Shown here piece after piece: positions 21,746-32,480 of a stretch of DNA of 32,480 nucleotides. Below the pieces are notes generated by a model. The model had not been told where the DNA came from, did not search any database, and worked only from the letters and a program-made list of their open reading frames with translations. The DNA is from Octopus bimaculoides (lineage: Eukaryota). Position numbers and translations under genes: made by a program. The stretch's first letter is position 1, and each line of letters opens with the position of its first letter. The DNA is taken from the NCBI RefSeq assembly GCF_001194135.2, contig NC_068982.1, positions 92,124,174 through 92,156,653 on the forward strand, in the 5' to 3' direction.

Positions 21746-24315
21746 TGTGGAGGAAGAAAGTGAGGCACAAGAACAAGGGACCAGAAGCAAGAAGGGATGT
21801 CACTTCAAGAAGCAGTTGGTTCAAGACAGCCTCTTCTTTGCTAGTGTATTGTACAGGACAGATGTGCATTTGGGAACGATCTTAGTTGGGTAGTTCTTTT
21901 TGGCCAGAAGCTCAGGTAGAGGACACGTAAGGGTACAACTACCAAGTTTTGCTGGTTCCTGTGGCTTGACATTTGGATTGACTGTTGCCAATTGCATCTC
22001 ATGTTAAGAGCAACCTTTATATGTACCTTACAACCACAAGCTGTTTTGGCATGTTTACCAGTTGTGAAGATATATGTCCAATTTAGTTTTTAATATTTTT
22101 TTTCTTTTTTTGCTCCTGCCTTTCCAACTAGCAACACACATGATGGCTACAAAAATTAGAATCAGTAGCAATGTATTGAGACTGTTTGGTAGGGAAGGTG
22201 ATGTGGTGGCTTGGATAAAAAATGGTGAAACTCATGGTGAAGTTGCAGAGTATTGAATATGTGGCTAGCCCTATGCCGCTTTACCTAGAAGGAAGTGCTT
22301 TAAATCTGTACTTAAAAATGGATGAAGCAATCAGGTCAAAGTAGAGAAAATTGAAGAGCATCTGAGGGACATGTATGTGGAAGGGGCTTTCAAAGCCTAC
22401 AGCAAGTTTGGGAGAGTAAGATTTACAGGCAAGCTAGTAGATGATTATGTGAGTGAGATCAGGAGGTTGGTGGGGTTAACAGGGTTTACCAGAGCAGCGA
22501 TTGAGTAGATAGTGAAGCTGGCTTTTGTGATCGGATTCCCCAATCATATCTCAGTGTGTTTGCAGCTGATATCAGTAGGAGAAATGGTGGACAAGACATG
22601 AGTGTGGACACAAAACAACACACATGACGTAGTGGTGACAGTGATGGCGAATATGAGTAGGACAAATAAGCAGGCAGCAACCAGTGACAACAGATGTATA
22701 ATGAGATGGACTGTGCTTTAGGTGTCAGGGTCCACCTAAAGTTAAGTAATGCACAGAAGTCAAGGAATCCACCTAAAGTCAAGGAATGCACAGAACCAAA
22801 ACCTGTAGTAGTGTACCCAACCTGGACACATAACAATCTATTGTAAATAAGGAAATGAGAAGAGGGGAATTACTGCACTATTAGTTCCCCCAACAACCAA
22901 CTGATGGTGCACCACCATTCATTGCCTGTAACAAGGGTTCTGGTGGGGCAAGGGAAGCACAAGCCCTTGTGGATACAGGTTGCACAACAATTCTGATGAC
23001 CATGAGAATGGTCAAGGGCTAGAGAGGAAACGCCAACCTCAGTGCAGTGGATGGTAGTGGGGTCAGGTGTAGAGGTGTCAGTGAAGTGGAACTGGAGGTA
23101 CAGGGGTAGGTGATGAAGCTGTGGGCTTCTGAGAGAAGAGACACTGTAGATGCAATTGAAGATGAGGACTTCCATACTGAATTCAACAGCAAAAGATAGA
23201 CGATGAAGTACCTCTGGAAAGAACCTTCTAAACTGAGAAACAGGTCCAAGCTCAAAAGAGATGAAGTGGGTAGGCTTGTGTTTCACAGAGGAAATGAGAT
23301 CCCAGACTTGTATCAGGATATGAATAGGCAAGGGCTGTTCTCAATGTGTGGGAAACTGGTAGGACGCTACCTGTCATAGGATGGCTCCAAATGGCATGTA
23401 GCTACATCAAAAGGCAAGCAGGAGTGAACCGGAGTGATAAAGTGGGAGAGAAGATGATTGCAATGATGCAAGACATCTTGGAGAGAATGCTAGTGGAAGA
23501 CCTGGTGAGGGACAACTGGTATGTGCCTGACACAAAAAAAGGATCCTATAGTGTGACACGAGTAGTATAGCATTGAGAGTCATTCAGGAAATAGGAAGTA
23601 TTGAAGTGAAAGATGCAGCATGGCTCAAGAAGAAAGACAACTACAACCATGTCAATGTAGCTGAACTGGTCACTGTGTTAAAGGGCATGAAACTAGTGCT
23701 GATATAGGGACTGTGAGTGGTGGGTGGCAACCAGAGAAGAATTCACACACAAAAGGGGCCATGGAAATGGGGATTAAGTATTGCCTGGGAATTCTGAGGG
23801 AACTAGCTGCTGAGTTCATGCCTTCAGAAAAGAATAAGGTGGATATTCTAACCAGAGTAAAAAAGCACTGGTTGGAAACAACAGAGGATGTTCCAAGCAA
23901 AGTGGCTGCAGCTAGTCAGCTAAAGGGCCCAGAACTAAGGAGGCTGCACAGTGGGGGTCGACAGAATGTTGTTTTTGGTCAAGACAGTTAACTCTGATGT
24001 CACCAGAAGAGAGTGTTTAAAAGGTAGTTAGGAATTGTGATAGGTGTCAGTCCATCAACCCTATACCAAACGTACATGAAACAGGAAAGATTTGGAGGAA
24101 GACTGGAAGAGGCTAGTGATAAATGTGATGCACTATCGGGAAGGGGTATATCTCTCAATGGTTGACTGCAGGCTACAGTGAATAGCAATATGGATAAAAA
24201 TCAAGATTGCGACTGCGGCTGAAATTGCAAAAGTGCTGAACGCAGTGTTCTTGGAAAGATGGCCTGTAGATGAGCTGTTAATGAACAAGAGCACAGTTTT
24301 TCGCTCAGAGCAAAT
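21746..24315 (+). mobile_element. Ty3/Gypsy-like LTR retrotransposon, RT deleted, 3'-truncated
   Basis: Putative 5' LTR TGTGGAGG...TTTCCAAC (~21746-22128). gag from ~22140 (GEGDVVAWIK...MPLYLEG.AL.LY, zinc-knuckle remnants ~22705-22845), protease ALVDTGC (DTG 22972-22980), RNase H-like (DAAWLKKKD..H.NVAEL..VLKG) and integrase (H..GVDR, C..CQS, FLE..P.DELL....T.FRS). Many stops and frameshifts. Clade assignment is tentative. Confidence 0.82.
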
Positions 24316-24609
24316 GATTTTGATTCCAAGGATCTAATTCCAGTCATTTTGATTCCCAGGCTATGTTAGTTGAGAAAAGGAAAGTGGGGAAGATCACTTA
24401 CTTTGGCTTTGAAAATGGCTTGACAATCCAGTTTTCTAGATACTTTAAAAGGTCCTCTCTGAGTAAAAGTTTGAAAATCACCATATCATGTGAAAATTTA
24501 TTTTTCAGTTTACTGTGTTGCTTTTGTTTTCTGTTTTCCTTTGTTTTTTTGTTTTTTATCTCTGGTTATGTTAGTTGAGAAAAGGAAACTGGGGAATAAG
24601 AATACATAT

Positions 24610-24780
24610 TTAAAACAAACATACAAATCTGCACATGCACTGACTCTAAATACTGCACAAATACACACATCCATGCATAAATACCCTATTAATGTTGCTG
24701 AAGTTCCAATGAAGGAGCCTTGGTAAAAAAACTGGCTCTCTCTATTGGCAAGAAATCATTAATTGCAATGAATAGAAGAA
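24610..24780 (+). mobile_element. 3' UTR fragment of the R4/Dong-like LINE family at 29950-31627
   Basis: AAATCTGCACAT...GAA(G/A)TTCCAATGAAGGAGCCTTGG...CT.TCTCTATTG.CAAGA shared with 31480-31610. Confidence 0.75.
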
Positions 24781-25042
24781 AACAGTAGGGTGTATAATTT
24801 AGTTTCACTAGGACCAGAGACAACACTAATCTATGGCTTTCATGAAATGCAAGACTATGTCATGATCATTCAGTCTGTAACCTTGCTTTGAGGAAAAAGT
24901 ATATTTACTGGGTGTGCAACCATGAAAATAATATCATGCATTGACATATTAAAGCTTGGCTTACACTAATGGGATTTTAGTGTGAAGGGAGGAAACTCTC
25001 GTTTAGCTGGTGTAAATTAGGTACATAGACACACATAAATGT

Positions 25043-25200
25043 ATCATCGTTGTAACGTCCACTTTTTCATGTTTGCATAGATCAGATAGAATTTCATTGA
25101 GACAGATTTTCTGTGGCTGGATGCCTATCACCAGCCCGCACCTGTTTCCAAGCAAGAAAATATTTCTCTATGGCTGGTCATGTTTTCACAGAAGATTAGA
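25043..25200 (-). mobile_element. degenerate RTE-type 3' end copy
   Basis: TCATCGTTGTAACGTCCACTTTTTCATG...GCTGGATGCC, as at 18801. Confidence 0.6.
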
Positions 25201-25490
25201 ATATGATGCAAGTATGAACTGGTACCTTGTACCCTACGTTTGCAAGTTGTTTGGGTGTCTATGTAGTAGCTAATATACATAGACAGCCTCTAAACCTTTC
25301 CACCCTTGAGTCAGTGGTATATTGAGGAAGTGTCAGCTGGAGAGAACTGCACCAGTAGCTGGTTGGTACTCAATTTCTGTTGACTAGACTGGAGCAATGT
25401 GTGTCCTTACTCAAGGGTATAATGTGCTGCCTGGCCCAGATATTGAAACCACAATTTTACAATCATGACTCCAATATCATTAGGTCACAT

Positions 25491-25551
<61 letters not shown>

Positions 25552-25572
25552 TAGGTGTGTGTGTTTGTGTGC
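25491..25572. repeat. (CA)n followed by (GT)n microsatellite
   Basis: Directly visible. Confidence 0.95.
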
Positions 25573-26004
25573 AGGTTTAGTTGTGTAGATGCAGAATTTA
25601 CTTTGTAATCATGTGGTTTTGAGTTCTAGCTCACTGCTTGACAACTTCTCCTGTAGGCTTGATCTGATCAATGTTTTTTCAATGGAATTTATCAACAGAA
25701 ATTATAAAAACATAGACTTATCCATCACAGCAAAATAAAGAGCCTAAAAATATTTTGTTTATGGTTGTATGTGCTGGGCCCATCCCTACACCCATTCTGC
25801 CTTGTCAAGAATTCCCCACATCTCATCCCCTAATCTGCCTCTAGCACTCATCATTCCATCACTCAGCTGTTGTAATCATTTGAGAGCAAAACCAGTACAT
25901 ATTACATCCTCACTATTCAGTCTTTGTGCTATTACAAGGTGGGGCAGAGTAAGGAAGGACCAATGATGGTGGCTTTTCGAACAGCACACCAGATCATCAC
26001 TTTT

Positions 26005-26395
26005 GGCAAAAGAGTAATCATGCCTCCAACATTCATAGGAGGCCCATGTGGATGCAGAAACTATACCAAAATGCAATGGTAATTGTTCAAAAGTTAGGAA
26101 AACCAAATTTCTTCATCACTTTCACCTGTAATTCTCAATGAAAAGAAATCATATCACAAAATGAACTTTATCTAGGACAGACACCAGCTGAGAGACCAGA
26201 CTTAACTGACAGAGTATTTGATACGAAACTTAGGGATGACATTTTGGAGGACATTTGGAGAGAGATTTCAGGGTACATGTGGATTACCCCATTGCCATAT
26301 GTTGTGCATATTAAATAAAGAATATAAGTTAGATCCAGAACATAATGATAAGTTTTCTTATGTAGAACTTCCAAATCCACAAATACAACCAATTC
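26005..26395 (+). pseudogene. Helitron Rep (HUH endonuclease) fragment
   Basis: GKRVIMPPTFIGGP / WMQKLYQNAMVIVQKLGKPNFFITFTCN / GQTPAERPDLT.RVF..KL / FQ...GLPHCH (HUH at 26290-26298), with frameshifts and stops. Confidence 0.88.
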
Positions 26396-26434
26396 TATTT
26401 CTCAAGGACAGTCAACATGACACAGAATGTGAAA

Positions 26435-26600
26435 AGGCTGACCCTTTGAAAGACAGGTACAACTCATTTTTGCCAGCTGAGTTGACTGGAGCAATGGGAA
26501 ATAAAGTGTCTTGCTGAAAGATACAACACACCACCAGGTATCAAACTCATGATCTTACAATCATGAGCCAAATACCCTAACCACTTGGCCATACACCTTC
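26435..26600 (-). mobile_element. tRNA-derived SINE
   Basis: Minus strand GAAGGTGTATGGCCAAGTGGTTAGGG (A-box)...GAGTTTGATACC (B-box-like)...CAAGACACTTTATTTCCCATTGCTCCAGTCAACTCAGCTG. Confidence 0.7.
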
Positions 26601-27059
26601 ATATGTGTGTGTGTGTGGAAACCATTAAAGTGAAAGTATCTGTCATTACAGTATGGAAATGTAATTGTTTCAGTTTTGATTGTTTCAGTGTTTTTCCTTC
26701 CTTTCTTTTTGTATTTGTTGTTGGATCGTTCGTAAAGGTTCATAAGAGAAAGTAGGAGTTGAAAGGATTTGTAAAGGTAGTAGAAAGAGGAAATTAGATT
26801 GTATTAGGGGGTGGATGTTATTTTGTGTAGTTTAATGGATTTTATTCGTAATTGTGTGTTATTTTGATGGAAAAAATGACACTGTGACCTAAGTTATGGT
26901 ATTTAGAATATTAATTCCGATTCTTTCATTCAAAAAATTTGGAATTGTGTAAATGTATGAATTTTCAACATACACACACACACACACAGAGAAAAATCTG
27001 CCTTTTATAGATAAGATATATATATCTTAATATATGTGTGAATGTATGTGGCCATATAT

Positions 27060-27430
27060 ATAGGTGCAGGCTTGCTTGCTTGTATGGTAAAAAGTTTGCT
27101 TTATAGCTACATGGTTTCCTACAGCACACCACCTTGGGCAAGTGTCTTCTATGATAGCTCCAGGCCAACCAATGCTTTGTGAATGAACTTGGTTGGCAGA
27201 AACTGTGTGGAAGCTCATCATATATATATCTATATTTGTGTCTTCGTTCTTGTTTGTGTTTTCCCCTTTCACCACTGTTTGATGATGTTGGTTTGTTTAC
27301 ATTCCTGTAACTTAGTAGTTTAGCAAATGATACTAACAGAATAACAGACTTAAAAAATATATACTGGGGTTGATATTTTCAACTATAGTCATCAAGGCAA
27401 TATCCCTACATGGCTGCAGTCCAATGACCC
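27060..27430 (+). mobile_element. tRNA-derived SINE, old full-length copy of the 5287/20355 family
   Basis: CCTTGGGCAAGTGTCTTCTATGATAGC...GAAACTG.GTGGAAGC...GTTTACATTCCTGTAACTTAG...ATGGCTGCAGTCCAATGAC. Confidence 0.7.
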
Positions 27431-27616
27431 TCTGGGACAGAGAGCAACTGATGAGGTCACAGAATATGTGACAAAAGAACTTTGACCGGCATATGAACTA
27501 AGACAAATAAAAACTAAAGTGAAGATTGCATGTGTTTGATTGACCAAAAAATAAAGTGACCATCACCTCTTCTATCTGGCAGTGTGTCTTTCATAGTTAT
27601 TTCGGTAATTAACCCC

Positions 27617-28110
27617 ATGGAGGATAAGAATTTCATGAGACAACATATTCACCATTGCTTACTGTATAAGTTTTAAAAGAAAAGTACTGCTACAGAAGCA
27701 ATGAAAACATTTGTGAAGTGTGTCTGGATGCAGTGAAAGCTTGTACATGTCAGGTGTGGTTTAAAAGGTGGCAATTATGACATATCCAACAAGCCTTATT
27801 CTGGAAGACAACTCACTCTGAATGAGAACCTTTTGAATGAGACTATTGTATTGGATCCATGTCAAAGCACCTGAGATTTGGTGCAAAAATATAACGTGTA
27901 ATGTTCAATTATCCATGAACAATCAAGCAAATTGGGAAAACATGCAAAGAGAGAATTTAGGTTCCACATGAAGTTATTCTTGAGAAGCAAACACAATATT
28001 CCACCATCTGCAGCAGTCTTCTAACCAGGAATAACAATCTATCATTTCTGTAGCACATTATTACAGGTGATGAAAAATGGGTTTTGCATCAACAGAAAAC
28101 GAAAACGACA
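27617..28110 (+). pseudogene. mariner transposase 5' fragment
   Basis: HIHHCLLYKF, WF, SGR, VPHE (WVPHEL-like) and IITGDEKW motifs with many lesions. Truncated at the microsatellite at ~28120. Confidence 0.8.
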
Positions 28111-28530
28111 ATCGTTATTATGTATGTATGTATGTGTGTATGTATGTGTGTGTGCATCTGTATGTGTGTGTGTGTGTGTGTTATATAAATGTTGGTTGAT
28201 TAGCTACATGGTTTCTCCAGCCATACTTTACATTGTATAGAGAGATGAGAAGAAAGAGTAAACAGGAGATAGAGAGAGAGAGTTAGGACAAGAGATGCAG
28301 GATGAGTGTTTGGTGGAAGGCAATGAGCAAAAGAGAGAACAAAATTATCGACAAAGAAAGAGAAGTAAATGACAGAATAGCTATGTGTATGTAAAGAAAA
28401 AGATATCAGTTGGTGTGTGTGACAAACTAACAATTTTAAAAAATCTAAATAGCATATAAACATATGCATATGACATATATATATTGGTTCACACTTTATT
28501 AGGACACATATGTTTTCACTTTATTTTATA

Positions 28531-29783
28531 TCAGGTTATTAAGAATGAAATGTCCAATTTTCTTATGCACCAAGTTCGACAGTCATCAACTCTAATGTTT
28601 TATCCTAACAATTCTTTGTTTTACAACATTCAAGAGTTACATCATTACTTTTCAAAATGCAATTCATGGTGTCTGATTATATTGGGAGTTTTCTCTTGTA
28701 AATCAATTTTTGTAAACTCATGGATAAATAAAAATATTCGTCTTGTTTATGAATATGAGTTCCGTCGTGGAACCAGTGCATCCCAGGCAGCTTGAAACCT
28801 CAATGAGGTGTTTAGTGAAGATGTGGTGAATGAGCGCATTGTGCATCGATGGTTTGAGAAGGTCCAGTTTGGTGAATTTACTCTTGAAAATCAGCTCCAT
28901 GGAAGACCTGAGACCAAGGTGGATAATGATGAGCTGGAAACTGTAGTGGAAGCAGACACAGCTCAAACTACGCATGAGTTAGCAGCAAGGTTTGATGTTT
29001 CAATTCCAACTGTATTGGACCATCTGAAACAAATCAGCAAGGTAAGGCTGGACAAGTGGGTACCACATGAACTGAATGAGCATCAAATGACATGTCATCT
29101 TGGAACTTGCTGTTCTTTGCTGTCACAGCATAAAAGCAAACCATTTTTGTATTGTATTGTTACGTGTGATGAAAAATGGATTCTTTTCAACAATAGCAAG
29201 TGTTCTGCACAGTGGTCGAATAGAGATGAAATGTCAAAACATAATCCAAAAACAAATATTCACCAAAAAAAGCTAATGGTGTCTGTTTGGTGGTCCAGCA
29301 CTGGTGTCATCCACTACAGCTTCATGAGACCTGGTAAGTCAATTACAGCAGATGTATGCATCAACCAGTTGGATGAAATGATGAGTGAACTTGCAATTAA
29401 ACAACCAAGATTGGTCAATAGAGACAGGCCAATTCTCTTGCAAGATAATGCTTGACCACATGTTGGACAAAGGACGCTACTCCAGTTACAGGAACTCTGT
29501 TATCCACCATATTCACCAGACCTTGCACCAACTGACCATCACATTTTCCAGGCATTAGACAACTTTTTGCTAGGAAAGAACTTCAAATCTAAAGAAGATG
29601 CAAAAACAACCTTTCATGATTTCATCATCTCTTGCTTTCCAGGATTCTTTGCTGCCAGCATAAAATGGCAAAATTGTGTTGATAATTTAGGTGCATACTT
29701 TGATTAACTGCATTGCTTTTTGTTGAGATAAAGTAAAATTAACTTTCAGTTCAAAATCGAACATTTCATTCTTAATGACCTGA
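28531..29783 (+). mobile_element. full-length mariner element (1253 bp)
   Basis: 30-bp TIRs TCAGGT(T/C)ATTAAGAATGAAATGT(C/T)C(A/G)ATTT, 27/30 identical, with TA on both sides (28529-28530, 29784-29785). Confidence 0.93.
28720..29707 (+). pseudogene. mariner transposase, disrupted
   Basis: WVPHEL, VTCDEKW, QDNA*PH and YSPDLAPTD motifs. Stops at ~28729, 28793 and 29453. Only 29 residues separate the 2nd and 3rd Asp, an in-frame deletion relative to D34D. Confidence 0.92.
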
Positions 29784-29880
29784 TAGTTTATATTCAAAAC
29801 ATATAAAGAAACTGAAAACAAAATTACTCTCCAAGTTGATTTAATATTATGGAAGTTCACACTCACATGCATACTCACCA

Positions 29881-29884
<4 letters not shown>

Positions 29885-29936
<52 letters not shown>
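29885..29936. repeat. self-complementary compound microsatellite (TC)9(TA)8(GA)9
   Basis: Directly visible perfect palindrome. Confidence 0.9.
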
Positions 29937-29949
29937 TATGGTTCAGGGT

Positions 29950-31627
29950 CAAAACACCCAACAATCATTTCCTTCTGGACAAAGCTCCATTCACTTTGGC
30001 AGGTGGTAAAAAAGCACCTTCTTTGAGGTATTATCAACATACATACATACATACATACATACATATGTTTTCCCTATATCTGTCAAGGAATGTTACAGGT
30101 ATCTATGGGTGGATGAAAAGCATATCTTACAAAACATGTGTCACTAAAGAATATTACAGTTGAATACAGAAAATTTGGACCTCAGAACTCTCTACATTCA
30201 ATAAAACAACAGCCCACAATGTGTTTGCAGTACCAGTACTCATACCAACATTTAGGCTGCTTGATTGAACGCTTGATGCAAGCCAATGCTGTGAAAACCA
30301 AAAAAATACTAACAAGCATACATAATTTCCATATAAACAGAGATGTAGACTGCCTCTACTTAAAATGAAAACAAGGCAGCAGAGGCTTAACATCGATCCA
30401 AAATGCCTTTGAAAGTTGTATCATATCCCTTCAGCAACATCTTTTAACCATCAAGTGTTGAAGTACATCCCTTGAACAAATTTGCATACATGAGGATGAT
30501 AACATCATAAAATTTGGAAGGCAGCTCCTTGAGTAACATTCCTTGTCTGATAGCATAGAATACATGCTCAAAGAAGTTGCACGACTCAACCGCAACATAT
30601 CATCAGTTGAAAGGATGAGCAGAAGACAATGCAGGGATATGTTAGTAGAAAGCTCCAAGATGATAGTAATATTGATCATCAACGCAGTCTATCATAGATC
30701 AATAGCCGGATTACTACTTCCCACCTTGAAGGGTATGCGTTTGCAAGCCAGGAACAAGAAATATCAACCAAATACCTGATGTACAAAAGGGATAGAGATG
30801 AAGGAAAAGCAGTAAAATGTGACAACTGGTGCAGACTTTGTGGAGTTAACACCGAAGATATCACCCACATCATAAGCAGTTATCCGAAAATGTCATCATG
30901 GTATTATTTACCAATGAGACATGATATTGTAGCTAGTACACTCTATAATAAAATCCATTGGAAGAATAACCCCGAGAACAAAGAAATAAGAACCCACAGT
31001 ATGGCAGAAGCTATAGCCACTCATAATAGAAAGGAATACTGGTGGAATGTCCCAGTGAAGACCTCAATAAAATGTAAGCACAACAGACCTGATATAATGA
31101 TTTTGGATAGAGGAGGGAAACTGTGTACAGTTGTGGAAATTAGCTGCCCAGTGGATGTTAACATAAAGCTCAATGAAAAAGAGAATATCTATGCTGACCT
31201 ATTGAAAAATCTGCAGTTATTCTATCCAGATTAAAGTTCAGGTTTATACCTGTAATTATTGGGGCCCTGGGATATGTAACACACTGCCTAAATACTAATT
31301 TTGAGAAATTAGGCTTCTCAAAACCAGAAAGGAGAAAGCTAATTTGAAGACTACAGATCCAATCCATCACTGGAACTGTGAAAATCTGTAAAACTTTCCA
31401 GAAGTTTATCATTTAAATGTATATGAGCATGTCTAAATATGCAACTATATGCACAAGAATGCATACATAAAACAAAACATCAAAATCTGCACATATACAT
31501 ACATACATGCATATATACAAAAATATGCTGTTGTTGATGTTGAAATTCCAATGAAGGAGCCTTGGATTTCTGTTACAAACCAGCTCTTTCTCTATTGTCA
31601 AGATATCTTGAAATAAAACTGAACAAT
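29950..31627 (+). mobile_element. R4/Dong-like non-LTR retrotransposon (restriction-like endonuclease), 3' part, disrupted
   Basis: YRYLWV (YKYLG-like), N..FAVP.L, LYLK*KQG.RGL, CRLCG...EDITHIISS (CCHC knuckle remnant), RHD, RPDIMI..VVEISCP (PD-(D/E)xK), IPVIIGALG. Stop at 31414-31416, then 3' UTR. Confidence 0.88.
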
Positions 31628-31654
31628 GACATACATACAGACACACACACACTA

Positions 31655-31931
31655 CGGGCCGTTTCAGAGATGTGTCTTATAATATGGTATAGTACTCATA
31701 TTTGGAGAAAACTAGACATTCCCTTCATATATACGATATGCATTGGAGGTAAAGGCGACATCATGTAATGTAGGATATCTTTTGGATCTGAATTGTATAT
31801 AATTCTGTATGTTGAAATATTGTCTTGTGTCACTGTATGGTGAGATTGAACATCCTGATGAAGGGAGTGTCTAGTTTTCTCCAAATATGAGTACTATACC
31901 ATATTATAAGACACATCTCTGAAACGGCCCG
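31655..31931. mobile_element. MITE with long TIRs and TA flanks (Tc1/mariner-like)
   Basis: 31652-31728 versus the reverse complement of 31858-31934: 76/77 identical. TA at 31653-31654 and 31932-31933. Confidence 0.88.
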
Positions 31932-32131
31932 TAGATGGTGACTTTGAATATTACCCCATGTTGTGCATGTTGTTTTTTGATATAGTGTATATAAATCTAT
32001 TTTCTGTATTGTACACATTCTTATAATATAATACATAAATTTTGTGGTATCATATCGTATATATTTATTCACTATATGTTATATCATACTGAAGGTTTAT
32101 GTATTGTATTACATCGTCTTATATTGATTAA

Positions 32132-32480
32132 TCTATATATATAAAAATGAGAATGTGTGTCTGTCTGTCTGTCTGTCTGTCTGTGTGAATCCCTAAAACT
32201 CGAGAACTACGCAACCAATTTCATTCAAATTTTACACATGCCTTACTTAGGGTTCCAGTTGTGTTTTAGTCAAAAAAAATTATTAACTTCTTGCAGAGTT
32301 CGAGCACACGGCAACATAATATCTCCTCCACTATTTAAGTATTACGTGTCAAAAGTGAAACAAAAACACTCATGTCAAATACTTTCACTTTAAAAATGAA
32401 ACTATTCCACTAACTGAAACAATCACATTTCGATACTGTAGTGACAGATACTTTTACAGAGAGAGAAAGAGAGAAAGAGC
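32132..32480 (+). mobile_element. Helitron 5' end continuing out of the window
   Basis: A|TCTATATATATAAAAATGAGAATGTGTG(TCTG)n...AAAACTCGAGAACTACGCAACCAATTTCATTCAAATTTTACAC, a Lep1/DINE-type 5' architecture. Confidence 0.65.

Noticed and set aside
26407-26457. AG...GT-bounded segment as the next IAP (UBA) exon
   Set aside because: Phase-1 reading gives G-Q-S-T-stop, and the donor lies within a SINE.

Overview
AT-rich eukaryotic scaffold with four N-gaps (1614-2420, 3838-4046, 19683-19779, 20722-21318). It is probably from an octopus or related coleoid cephalopod; this is an inference from the SINE and microsatellite families as I recall them. One host gene is recognisable: a + strand inhibitor-of-apoptosis (IAP/BIRC) gene with coding exons 13229-14201, 15065-15246, 16428-16494 and 21461(or 21440)-21574. 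These encode four BIR repeats (the first shortened) and the first half of a UBA domain. I found no exon for the rest of the UBA or a RING domain, so the gene probably continues beyond the window. The remainder is transposon debris and simple repeats: Penelope-like elements of two types, RTE and R4/Dong-type LINE pieces, an LTR retrotransposon lacking its RT, two mariners, Helitron pieces, MITEs and tRNA-derived SINEs. The most notable observations are the IAP's regulatory features (uORF whose stop overlaps the start codon, GC-AG intron with read-through stop, non-canonical IBM-pocket residues), a decayed hammerhead ribozyme behind a Penelope-like ORF, and an intronic nested palindrome containing an exact 52-nt copy of sequence 4.76 kb upstream.
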